Shown piece after piece: positions 1-10,376 of a stretch of 39,633 bases of DNA (within the stretch, counting starts at the first letter, position 1; each line of letters starts with the position of its first letter). The translations under genes and the position numbers were made by a program. The notes below the pieces were generated by a model that saw only the letters and a program-made list of their open reading frames with translations, searched no databases and was not told the origin of the DNA. The stretch lies in the NCBI RefSeq assembly GCF_000485595.1, contig NW_014577078.1:592188-631820 (forward strand), in the 5' to 3' direction. This DNA is from Priapulus caudatus (lineage: Eukaryota).

Positions 1-349
1 AATACACTGAAACGTCGCCAAGAAACGAAAGGCTCAGAGTACTGGCACGGTTATAATGACAGCAAGTCCGTACAAGAAAATGTTGGATGATGCAGCACAA
101 GCTAAAATTAACGCAGCGGCTGAAAAAGAGCAAAAAAAGAAAGAGAGAGAAGAAAAACGATTGAAAGCAGCAGCAGCAGAAAAGGAGAAACAGAAGGGTC
201 AGAAAAGTAAAAACAAAGGTAAAAGCCAGCAGATTAAAAAGAAGAAATCTGTTGAGGATGGTTCGGATGCAGACTGTATTTTCTGCGATTTGTACAGTAA
301 AACACCTAATGAAGGCTGGATACGTTGTAATGCTTGCCACCAGTGGGCA
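1..349 (+). mobile_element. Partial inverted copy of the deleted pogo-type element (C-terminal K/E-rich linker and first half of the PHD-like finger); runs off the left edge
   Basis: Near-identical reverse complement of 574-923. Encodes KRKAQSTGTVIMTASPYKK...DCIFCDLYSKTPNEGWIRCNACHQWA and breaks at ...CAGTGGGCA (349). Confidence 0.85.
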
Positions 350-371
350 TGTTTTGTATGTTTTGTATGTT

Positions 372-1530
372 TTGTATGTAAACGCAGTAGACGCATGTTT
401 TGTATCGCTGATGGCCATTTTACCCGACCTCTCGGGTAAAATGGCCATGGTCCAAGGGGTAAAATGGACATTAGTTTTAGTCACACAAAGTACTAGTTAT
501 CATCACACAATTCACATGTGAACTCATCGTCATCAGAATCAACACCAGCACATTCATCGTGTGATGTATCGTGTGCCCACTGGTGGCAAGCATTACAACG
601 TATCCAGCCTTCATTAGGTGTTTTACTGTACAAATCGCAGAAAATACAGTCTGCATCCGAACCATCCTCAACAGATTTCTTCTTTTTAATCTGCTGGCTT
701 TTACCTTTGTTTTTACTTTTCTGACCCTTCTGTTTCTCCTTTTCTGCTGCTGCTTTCAATCGTTTTTCTTCTCTCTCTCTCTTTCTTTTTTTGCTTTCTT
801 TCAGCCGCTGCGTTAATTTTAGCTTGTGCTGCATCATCCAACATTTTCTTGTACGGACTTGCTGTCCGTATAACCGTGCCAGTACTCTGAGCCTTTCGTT
901 TCTTGGCGACGTTTCAGTGTATTTCTGTGTATGTTGAACTGTTTTGCAGCCGTCAAATAAGGCGTTCCATGTTCAACGGCGACCAATGCTTGTTTCATTG
1001 ACTCATCATCCCAGGACTGCCTGGTTGTTTTTCGGACGTAATGTCTAGGCATTGTGCTGTTCTGAGGTTTACATGAGCAACAAAATATAATTCATTACTG
1101 CATGGGGCAAAAGGGCCACCCTGGCTATTTTACCCCATGAGAATGTGGCCATTTTACCCCATTAGCATCAGATAAGTGTTGCATCATCAAAGTTGAAAAA
1201 TTAATAATCACAAGTACACAAACACGTGGAACTATGACATAACTGAATTATCAGATTTAATTGCCAGTATCAGTAGTATATCGTCGGTTTGTTGTTCTAT
1301 AGTAATTAGAAGTTGTTTTGCATGCTTACCTTAGATCAGTCCCGTGTGAAAACACACTTTCAGCTGTTGAAAACTTGGTCGACAACGCAGAAATCCGCCA
1401 TGTTGGTTAACAACAATGTTATGACAAGCAAGTATAGTAACGTGGAGCTCTACTGGTCAGCAGCACCAGATGATAACAAAACTGCAAGTGGCCATTTTAC
1501 CCGCCATGGCCATTTTACCCCACTTTCCCC
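372..1530 (-). mobile_element. Non-autonomous pogo/Tigger-like (Tc1/mariner superfamily) DNA transposon, internally deleted (no DDE domain)
   Basis: Terminus TA|GGGGAAAGTGGGGTAAAATGGCCA on the minus strand at 1532-1507. The motif (T)GGCCATTTTACCC recurs at ~412, 435 (inverted), 457 (inverted variant), 1122, 1146, 1489 and 1507. Encodes a psq-type HTH N-terminus and a PHD-like C-terminus. The other terminus is lost at the rearrangement junction (~350-372). Confidence 0.8.
493..1052 (-). pseudogene. Transposase remnant: psq-type HTH (MPRHYVRKTTRQSWDDESMKQALVAVEHGTPYLTAAKQFNIHRNTLKRR) joined out of frame to a K/E-rich linker and PHD-like finger (CIFC...WIRCNACHQWAH...C...FTCELC)
   Basis: ORFs 834..1052 and 493..837 (-). 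Motif layout typical of pogo-family transposases. Deletion junction near 903 removes the second HTH and the catalytic domain. Confidence 0.8.
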
Positions 1531-2550
1531 TACACTGCATGTATGCGATGCATGTAATGCGATTCAGTGTGGACTAAATTTTATCATACTTAAAGCCTAT
1601 GCGAACTCCCAAAAAATACGTATGTTAAACCTAGTAATGTGTAGCTATGCTATGTTATGTTATGTTTTATGTATTCCGATTGTATTTACCGTTTCACTTA
1701 TATGACGATATATATGTTGGCATCCAATATATGTCTAGTGATTATGGCTGGGTCGTTATGATTATATCATTCTGTAGATGTGGTAAAAGCCACCTCTGAT
1801 GTTTCCATTAGTCTCGCCGTATTTCGTCACTCCAACTAACTAGGGTGTATGTATGTGTTTCTTGAGTCAACTTCTGGCCATGTGAGGGGAAGGTGCATTA
1901 GAGAATAGCCACGAATAGACGGATCGAAAGTACAGTGTACGTCGGTACGGTCTTAGATGGCTTCACTGCTTTAGTGTCTGTATCGGTGAGAGGTATTCGA
2001 CTAGGTGCGGCTTGGTTACTATGGTGATTCGTGGTTTTGTTTTTCCCCAGGGTTTTGTTGATTGTGTTTCTGTTTTTTTTATTTTTTATTATATGTAATA
2101 ATTCATTTACTTGTTTATTAATTTATTCGTGTAATTATTTATTTGTTTGTTTGTATATTTATTTTATTTATATACTTACTAATTTGTTTTACTTTTGCCC
2201 TTTATTTATTTATCTATCTATCTATTTATTTATTTATTTATTTCCCCACCAAAACATCTACCACAACTTGAGTACTGAACCTAGTCGTTTTGTAAATGAA
2301 ATAGAATACATAATAAAGTCGATGTTGTCGAGAGTTTGCCCGTCAATTGTCCTGAAGTCGGTCTGTGTATTGTAATTAATAGTATATACGTAGTATTATC
2401 AGGAGTGTATAATAACAGACTATTATTATATTAATTTTTTAATTAAATTTATTAATATTATTATTTTTATTAATTTTTTAATAATTATTATTTTAATAAT
2501 TCATTAACTTGGTATTAGTAATTGCCTCATCGCTGATCTGTCGTACGCAG

Positions 2551-2731
2551 GCGATCCTGCCGGAACTCTTCATCCTCACCAATGACGTGCGGTCGCGCGC
2601 TCACACGGTCAGCGCGAGTGAGCGTAGCGACGTGTCGACGTCATGGCCGGACGAGAGCGGCATGCTGGTCGGCAGCGACGAGCAGACGACAGGCAGACGC
2701 AGCCTGCAGCGCAGCCGCGGACGCAGGAAAA
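2551..2731 (+). CDS. SPATA1: SPATA1 homolog, first exon visible in window (AILPELFILTNDVRSR...RSRGRRK), phase 0 to 1
   Basis: tacgcag|GCG acceptor and A|gtaagc donor; GC-rich coding-like island. AILPELFIL resembles the ALQPELYLL end of the conserved SPATA1 N-terminal region. Confidence 0.8.
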
Positions 2732-2767
2732 GTAAGCAGCCAGCGGGGGTTATGTACGATACAAGCT

Positions 2768-2777
2768 CGTTGTTGTT

Positions 2778-2819
<42 letters not shown>

Positions 2820-2820
2820 G
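2768..2820. repeat. (TTG)n microsatellite
   Basis: Direct reading. Confidence 0.95.
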
Positions 2821-3574
2821 ATGTATTGTGGGTTGTGGAGAGGGGGTAATAACCTAGTTACGGTGCTGTTCGTGTGTAGCGGGTTGTGTAGAGGGGGAGG
2901 GTAACAAGCTAGTTACGGTGTTGTTGGTGTGGTGTGGGTCGTGGAGTGAGAGGAGGGTTACAAATGTTGCTGAAATAACACTAATTCGAAATTTCGTCAG
3001 CTTACACTAGCTTGAAATCTAATGGAGCCCTCTTAGCGTCTATAAAATTGCTTGGTAAATAACTTGCTGTGGTAGTCTATAACAATATCTTCATGCAAAT
3101 CTAGATCAATGATAAGTGAAATGTGACATTGCCATACGTATTACAGTAGACTCGTGACAGTTGACTGCTACGGGTGATTTTTTTCCTTAAGTCTGATCCT
3201 CATATCTTTGAGAAATTTTAATTGTGTGGTTTTAAATTTTCAAGCCTACGGAAGGTATTGCCGTGTAGTTTGCTTCGGGTAGATTACGATTCGCAGCACT
3301 ATACTAGTAGTGCTTTTAGTATTGTTAGTTCGCGTAAGGTTACTTAGTGGTATAACGAAACGGAATTTTTTACGTAAAGTAGATCGATATATGCAGCCTG
3401 CTAATATTGCATGTTTGAAAACAATACGCACACACAATCGGTCTCGGCGGGACTTTATTGCCTAAATTGAAAGGCCGTTGATTACGAGACAAACGCGTTT
3501 CTGCGAGGGGTCGAGTGCGCTGTGGTATGTCAGACAGTGGATGACATGAGAACCACACTAGATTCCTGATTGCC

Positions 3575-4584
3575 TCTCTCGCTCCGCTCTTCTTCTTCTC
3601 GCTCTCAGGCGCTTTCTCTCTCCGCTCTCTCTCTCTCTCTCCTCTTCTCCTTTTTTTTCTTTCCTTATTCTCTCTGCTCTCGCCCTCCTCTTGTCGGCTC
3701 TTCTCTTTCCCTCTCTTCTTCCCTCCGCTCACTCTTCTCTCTCGTCTCTTTCATCTCTCTTCCTCTCTCTTGGCTCTCTCTTCCTTTCCTCTCTCTTCTC
3801 GCTCTCTCTCTCGCCTCTCCTCTGCCTCTCTTCCTCTTCTCCTCTGGCTTTCTCTGCTCTCTCTCTCTCGCTCTTCTCTCTCTCTCTTCTCTCTTCTCTC
3901 TCCTTGTCTCTCTTCTCCTCTTCTCTGCTCTTCTTCTCGGCGTCCCTCTAGCTAGCTCCTCTCTCTCTCTCTCTTCTTCTCTCTCCTCTCTCTCTCTCAT
4001 CTCTCTCTCTCGGCTCTCTCTCGCTCTCTCCTTTATCCACCCTGCTCCTTATCTTCTCTCTTTCTCTTCTTCTCTCTCTCTTTGTCTCTCTACTCTTCTT
4101 CTCTTTCTCTCGGCTTTCACAACGAGGTTTTACTCTATGTATGAGGCATTTATGCACCCAAGCGATGCTCATTAATGTTCATGACACCCGTCGTATGTAA
4201 AAATGTGCCATAGGTGGCCGTGGTTTTCCGCGCACCGTCTACAGCACGCGGCCCTTCTTTATGTTCGGCCGTTCCGTAAGAGGGCACCGAGGCAGCTGAG
4301 GCCGTTACCATTGACACAGGCAGACACGTCGATGTCTTTGCCGCCGAGCGCGCGTCCGTGCGTCGCGCCCTCCAGCAACCGCCCCCAGCTCGATCGGTTG
4401 ATGGTTGGCCCTCGCTACTCGGACCCCAATTTAATTAATTTTATCCTTAAACCGCCGCCGGTACTGTTATGTCGACGAGTGATGCGACATAGCCCTTCGG
4501 TACTTGAGAGCCCACACTGATGCTGTCATGCTCACGGCTCTCACGCTCTCTCCTCTCGTCTCCTCTCCGTGCTCTCTCTCTCTC

Positions 4585-4619
<35 letters not shown>

Positions 4620-4631
4620 CTCTCTCTCTCT

Positions 4632-4717
<86 letters not shown>

Positions 4718-4767
4718 CCTCTCTCTCTCTTACTCTCTCTCTCTCGTCTCTCTCTCTCTCTCTCGCC

Positions 4768-4812
<45 letters not shown>

Positions 4813-4915
4813 GCCTCTCTCCTCTCTCTCTCTCTCTCTCTCCTCTCTCTCTTTCTCTCTCTCTACTCTTCTCTCTCTTCTTCCTCTCTCCTCTCTCTCT
4901 CCTCCTCTCTCGTCT

Positions 4916-4958
<43 letters not shown>

Positions 4959-5019
4959 CTCTCTCTCTCTCTCTATGCCTCTATCTCTGTCTCCTTCTCC
5001 TCTCTCTCTACTCGCTCCT

Positions 5020-5068
<49 letters not shown>

Positions 5069-5075
5069 TCTCTCG
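3575..5075. repeat. Two (CT)n-rich tracts (~3575-4110 and ~4540-5075) within an apparent ~1 kb tandem duplication
   Basis: The unique flank CGG(C)TTTCACAA(C)GAGGTTTTACT...CAAGCGATGCTCATTAATGTT...GGCCGTTACCATTGACACAG occurs at 4111-4345 and 5074-5295. Confidence 0.85.
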
Positions 5076-5291
5076 GTTTCACAAGAGGTTTTACTGTATG
5101 TATGGGCATTTGATGCACCAAGCGATGCTCATTAATGTTTCATGCATGTAAAAATCGTGCCAGTATAGGTGGCCCTGGTTTTCGCGCACCGTACGTACAG
5201 CGCTGCTTCTTTACATTCGGCTGTTCCGTAGTTGTTAAGGCACCGAGGAGGCCGTTACCATTGACACAGCAGACACGTCGATGTCTTGCCG

Positions 5292-5474
5292 CACGCCGCG
5301 TGTATAGTTGGCCATCGTACTCGGAAATAATTATTTTTACCGCGGTAGAAATAATTTAACCGCGGTTAAATTATAGCCATTTTTACCCAATTAGAGGCCT
5401 TGTTACGCGTAATGCGCTATCGACCACGGTAAAAATAATTATTTCTCAGCACGATGACCAACTATATACGCGTG
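5292..5474. mobile_element. Small MITE-like inverted-repeat element (~50 bp arms) with an internal perfect 24-bp palindrome
   Basis: CGCGTGTATAGTTGGCCATCGTACTCGGAAATAATTATTTTTACCGCGGT pairs with ACCACGGTAAAAATAATTATTTCTCAGCACGATGACCAACTATATACGCG; palindrome ATAATTTAACCGCGGTTAAATTAT at 5351-5374. Confidence 0.65.
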
Positions 5475-5640
5475 AGCTTTTCTGCGAGTCATTTTTATCT
5501 GCGTCATCTCCGTCTGGTTCTAAGTTTAGACGCAGGTCAATTCGATATAATAATATCGCTGCGGGCTGTCTATGTCTCAGACGGCATTCCGTAAGGTCGA
5601 GCGTACGTTGCGCGGAAACTAATCTACGTTTTACCGCACA

Positions 5641-5641
5641 T

Positions 5642-5684
<43 letters not shown>

Positions 5685-5830
5685 CACATATACGCACAAA
5701 CTGTAAAATGATCAACGCTGACTGATCAACGTTGGTTGGTCAACGCTGACTGATCAACGTTGGTTGGTCAACGCTGACTGATCAACGTTGGTTGATCAAC
5801 GCTGACTGATCAACGTTCGGTGGTCAACGT
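5641..5830. repeat. (GCAC)n tract followed by about 4 copies of a 28-bp unit TCAACGCTGACTGATCAACGTTGGTTGG
   Basis: Units start at 5712, 5740, 5768 and 5796. Confidence 0.9.
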
Positions 5831-6247
5831 GTAACTTTAACGTCCTCGTAATTACGTTTACGTCGCCGTGACAGTTACGGGAACTGCTCTCCACCATAAG
5901 CACTGCATTTCTTACTGTCTAACGAGAGGGCACGTACGAAGAAGCTCTTGTTAGTTTACAAGCCCTGGCAGCAGCCCCCCGCGGTACCACCACCAGCTAG
6001 CCCCGGCAACGCCTTATACACACGAAGTAATCAATATCATACACGGCCATCATATACGCGCGCTATATACTTGTTATTAGTATTTGTTGCGTGTTCGCTG
6101 TATCTAATGTAAGTTTCATTTGCTCCTCGTTCCGCCCTCCCCCCACACCCACACTTCACGCCCGCACTAAACCCACCCACCCTCACTCACCCACCCACCC
6201 TCACTCACCCACCCACCGCACACCTGCACGCTCGCGCCGCAACGCAG

Positions 6248-6473
6248 GTGAGGGCGAAGAGGCGGACGACAACGATGCGAATCAGTCGTCGCAAGACCCG
6301 CGCGACGACGAGCTCCCGCCCCTCAGTGCCCTCAGCGTCTCTCCTACGTCTTCAGATAACCTGAGCACGCGCACGCCCGGACGCAAGATCCACGCGGTGC
6401 GCGGCCGCGGCGCGACGCCTTGTACGGAGGACTCCGGCGTGCAGGGGTCCGACAACGGCATGCACGTAGAGAG
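6248..6473 (+). CDS. SPATA1: SPATA1 homolog exon (EGEEADDNDANQSSQDPRDDELPPL...DNGMHVE), phase 1 to 2
   Basis: aacgcag|GT acceptor and AG|gtgagt donor; open frame; phases match both neighbours. Confidence 0.8.
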
Positions 6474-6965
6474 GTGAGTGGGTAGTGCATGCATGAGCGA
6501 GCGAGCGAGCGCACAGCACGCGCGAGAGATCGTCAGACGCCACCGCTTCGTTGTTGTTGTTTTTACGCGGCGTCGCATCTCTCCTGCATGGCTTCCTGAT
6601 TCCTTATCCTCGCCGCCGTGCAGCTTCCTGTCTGCATCACGCGGATTTACATCTAAACTCATATTTATTATATATATTTATCTGGCTTCGCGAATTTTTT
6701 TACTATTGCATGGCTTCGGGTTTATTTTGCGCCACGTAGCTTCCCGACTGATCTGTACATGGCGTATATCGACTGACATCGCATATATATTTATTATATA
6801 TGTTTATTATATATATTTATCTGGCTTCGCAAATTTTTTTCTCACCGCGCGCGTATATTCGCATCTACTCTGTTTTGGTTTCATTCGCACGGCTACACGG
6901 CGGTGGTTTTTGCGTCACGCATTCGGTTCGCGGTGTTACCGATCCTTGTTACTATTGCACGGCAT

Positions 6966-7487
6966 CACAGGCACTTGGAGCGTTTCAATAAAATATAATG
7001 CTAAATAAAAACGAAATCTGATTTACTACCAAAGTTTAATGTATACTCTACTCTCTTTCACCTATTTATTGTCGACAATTTCCTGTAAATTCCGTGCAAA
7101 TGGCTCCTCTGTAACACAATGTCCACCCGCACGCCACGCGCGCACACCTGACACATAAATATAAGCAGGTAGGAAAAGAGGCGAGGCCAAAGTCGCTCGG
7201 ACGCTCCGCTTGATCTTCACACGATTACAAGCACAAATATTCAACCATTTTGGCACTTCGCTTTCCTACCTGCCTACGTGTCTGTATGTGTCAGTGTGCC
7301 GCAGGCGTCCGGCGGCAGCGGTGACAATGTGTGTTGCAGAAGAGAATTTACACGGAATCTACATGAAATTAGTCAGGCGCAAATAATAAGCGACAAGAGA
7401 GTAGAAAAACATTAAGGACTTTGGTAGTAAATAGATTTTGTATTTATTTAGCATTATAATTTTATTGAAACGCTCCAAGTGCCTGTG
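6966..7487. mobile_element. Fold-back MITE with long TIRs and an 8-bp TSD (CACGGCAT); CA...TG termini suggest the P-element (or hAT) superfamily
   Basis: CACAGGCACTTGGAGCGTTTCAATAAAAT... pairs with ...ATTTTATTGAAACGCTCCAAGTGCCTGTG. Imperfect arms extend ~230 bp. CACGGCAT at 6958-6965 and 7488-7495. Confidence 0.85.
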
Positions 7488-7614
7488 CACGGCATCGTCA
7501 CCTTCTGTATCGCGTTGCCTTCCGTGCTCGCCGGTTTTTTCGCACCTGGCAGTTTCGCAGCATTGTCTCCGGCGTGCACGTCTGTCGGCGCCATCTATCG
7601 TGAATTTTATTTGC

Positions 7615-7778
7615 AGTAAATAATCGCAAATATTTTGAATAAATATTCTTTAAATATTATATCTATTATATAATTATAATTATTAATATAATTATATAAA
7701 TATAATAATTTTAATATAAATATGTTTGAATATATATGTTTTGAACAATTATTTTGAAATAATTTGTGATTATTTACT
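7615..7778. repeat. AT-rich fold-back element (possible MITE)
   Basis: AGTAAATAATCGCAAATATTTTGAATAA pairs with TTATTTTGAAATAATTTGTGATTATTTACT around an almost pure A/T core. Confidence 0.5.
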
Positions 7779-7865
7779 CCTGATTTCATGCATCTTTCGC
7801 ACGCGTTCGCTGTGCTTGGCGTTGTTTGCAGTGTGCCCACACGTAGAGCTAAACTCTGCTTGCAG

Positions 7866-7940
7866 GGATGAAGGCAAGAGACAGGACGGAGCGGCCGGTC
7901 GGGAGGCCGGCGTGTGGGATGCTGCTAACGATGAGCGTGG
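7866..7940 (+). CDS. SPATA1: SPATA1 homolog exon (DEGKRQDGAAGREAGVWDAANDER), phase 2 to 2
   Basis: ctgcttgcag|G acceptor and GG|gtgagg donor; 75 bp, frame-preserving. Confidence 0.7.
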
Positions 7941-8407
7941 GTGAGGGATAGCATAGTTAGCAGGGCGCGTCCCAGGTGGCCGAAATGTTAAAAAAGGAAT
8001 CTGCTCACTTGTATTCACTTATAGTACCTTCAGACTAGGGATGTGTAGTACGTTCTTGAACAATGAATTCTGTTGCAGTTTTGCAAGCATTCTGTAATTT
8101 TGTGCCAGTTTTTTGCATGTTTGTTGTTGCCGCGTTTTGGTGCTTGCCCTAAGGTTACGTATATTTAATAGATTTAGTCAGTGTCAGATAATATTAGATA
8201 GTAGGTGTTAAGATAATAGCCTATGGATTTGGTTCTGAGAATTGTGGAGTATGTTAGAAGTTATTGTGAAATTTCATTAACGCTGACAAGTAGCCTACTT
8301 GCGCACCACACAAACAAACACCCCCAAAACAGCTACAACTCCCCCCAAACGTTGTAAACTCCAAAAACCACGTACCACTATTCACATCCACCCCACCTGC
8401 CTTACTA

Positions 8408-9004
8408 CAGTAAAAACCCGCGTATAAGAAACATAGATTTTAAGAACATGTTAGGCTAAAATTCCCATTTAGAGCCCCTATTACATAAGAAACCTGTTCT
8501 TAAGGCCTAAGATTTTTAAGTAGCTATCTAAATTTCCTCGCATGCAGATAAGACTTAAAAAGAAAACAGGTAAAATAAAAAAGATGACGGCTCAACAATT
8601 ATCGATGCAATAACATGCCAATGCCAATTGCAATGCAATGCTCAACAATAACCAGATCATATCTATTAATAATATATATTATATAATATTATGATTATAT
8701 ATATCATTATATATTATCTTCAACCATAAAAAAAAAAACATGTGCAACAACTAAACTGTCCATATAACACCTTACACATAACACTCTCTTACTGGTTAAC
8801 ACATGATCACACACAGTGACTAGCCCGGCGCGTGCTGAGTCTGCGCGGGGTTTGTCAAGCTAGTAATTATTTAAAAGTAGAAAACAACTTAAGAACCTAT
8901 TTCACAGCACCTTGTTGAGCCTAATTTTTCAGTAAGCCCACCATTATATAAGAACAGGAGGCTAACTTGGAAAAATCTATGTTCTTATACGCGGGTTTTT
9001 ACTG
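8408..9004. mobile_element. Tc1/mariner (pogo/Tigger-type) MITE with TA TSD
   Basis: TA|CAGTAAAAACCCGCGTATAAGAAACATAGATTTT ... AAAATCTATGTTCTTATACGCGGGTTTTTACTG|TA. Confidence 0.85.
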
Positions 9005-9114
9005 TATTAACACATCACCCACCACCTGCCTACTACTAATTAAACGACTACCAGGAATACGCTACCAATCACACTCTCACCTCTATCTCTGCACTATATC
9101 CTCATTAATTCCTA

Positions 9115-9201
9115 CCATCACACACGCCGCACACGTACGCCTACCTATTACACACCACACATGCATACACGTACGCTCCTATGACACCACCACACATGCA
9201 T

Positions 9202-9245
<44 letters not shown>

Positions 9246-9514
9246 CACACACACACACACACAACACACGCACACACCACACAACACACACACACACACA
9301 CACCACACACACACACGCTCCTACACAACATAACACACCGCCTCCTTGCACAACCACCACACATGCATACACGCACACGCACACACACACACGCTCCTAC
9401 ACAACATAACACACGCTCCTACACACCACCACACATGCATACACGCACACACACACACACACTCCTACACAAATTAACACACGCTCATTACACACCACAC
9501 ACATGCATACACAC

Positions 9515-9553
<39 letters not shown>

Positions 9554-10075
9554 CACACACACACACGCTCTACACACATAACACATGCATGACACGCACA
9601 CACACACGTCCTACACAACATAAACACACCGCTCCTACCACCACCACACATGCATACACGCACACACACACGCTCCTACACACATAACCACGCCTCCTAC
9701 ACACCACCAACACATGCAACACGGCATCACACACACGCTCCTACACAACATAACACACGCTCCTAACACACCACCCACACATGCATACACGCACACACAC
9801 ACGCACCCTACACAAATAACCACACGGCCCTCCTACACACCACTACACATGCATACACGCCCACACACACACACACACACCACGCTCCTACACACCACCA
9901 CACAATGCATACACACACCGCTGCCTACACAACATAACACACGCTCCTACACACAACACCACACTTCATTTCCATACCATCACGCACACACAACACACAC
10001 ACACACACACACGCCGCGCACGCACCGCACAGCCACAACACACACGCTCCTACCACACCACCAAACATCCATTCA
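9115..10075. repeat. CA-rich minisatellite (CACACGCTCCTACACAACATAA / CACCACACATGCATACACGCA units mixed with (CA)n)
   Basis: Direct reading; copies are noisy. Confidence 0.9.
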
Positions 10076-10100
10076 TCCCCTCACGCCACACTGTGCGCAG

Positions 10101-10376
10101 CCTCAACGAACATGGACGACGTCCACCACTGCGCGCCACGACGTACTACTTCAAAACGACTCGGCAGATACAGCGACGCGTCGCCGACGGCCTACGACAC
10201 GGGCGCCAGGGGGGCGGCGGACGCGGCGTCACGCCGCTGCGCGCTGGAGACGACGACAACGGCCGATTCAGACCCGAGCTTCAGAGAGACAATTTGCTGA
10301 AATGGAAGGAGGCCGGCGGACGCGGGGGAGGAGTCGTCGGTACAGAGCGACAGGAAAATACAGCGATTCCGACAGC
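10101..10376 (+). CDS. SPATA1: SPATA1 homolog exon (LNEHGRRPPLRATTYYFK...ENTAIPT), phase 2 to 2; internal translation may be affected by indel errors
   Basis: ctgtgcgcag|C acceptor and GC|gtgacg donor. 276 bp, open and phase-compatible with 7866-7940 and 15895-15983, but it lies between two error-rich tracts. Confidence 0.65.

Noticed and set aside
1533..2550. Upstream SPATA1 exons or start codon
   Set aside because: No segment translates to the expected conserved N-terminal SPATA1 sequence; the 2031..2375 ORF is a T-rich low-complexity artefact.
3540..5340. Biologically meaningful ~1 kb tandem duplication
   Set aside because: The two copies differ mainly by scattered single-base indels, as expected from a low-accuracy read overlapped twice. 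Probably an assembly artefact.
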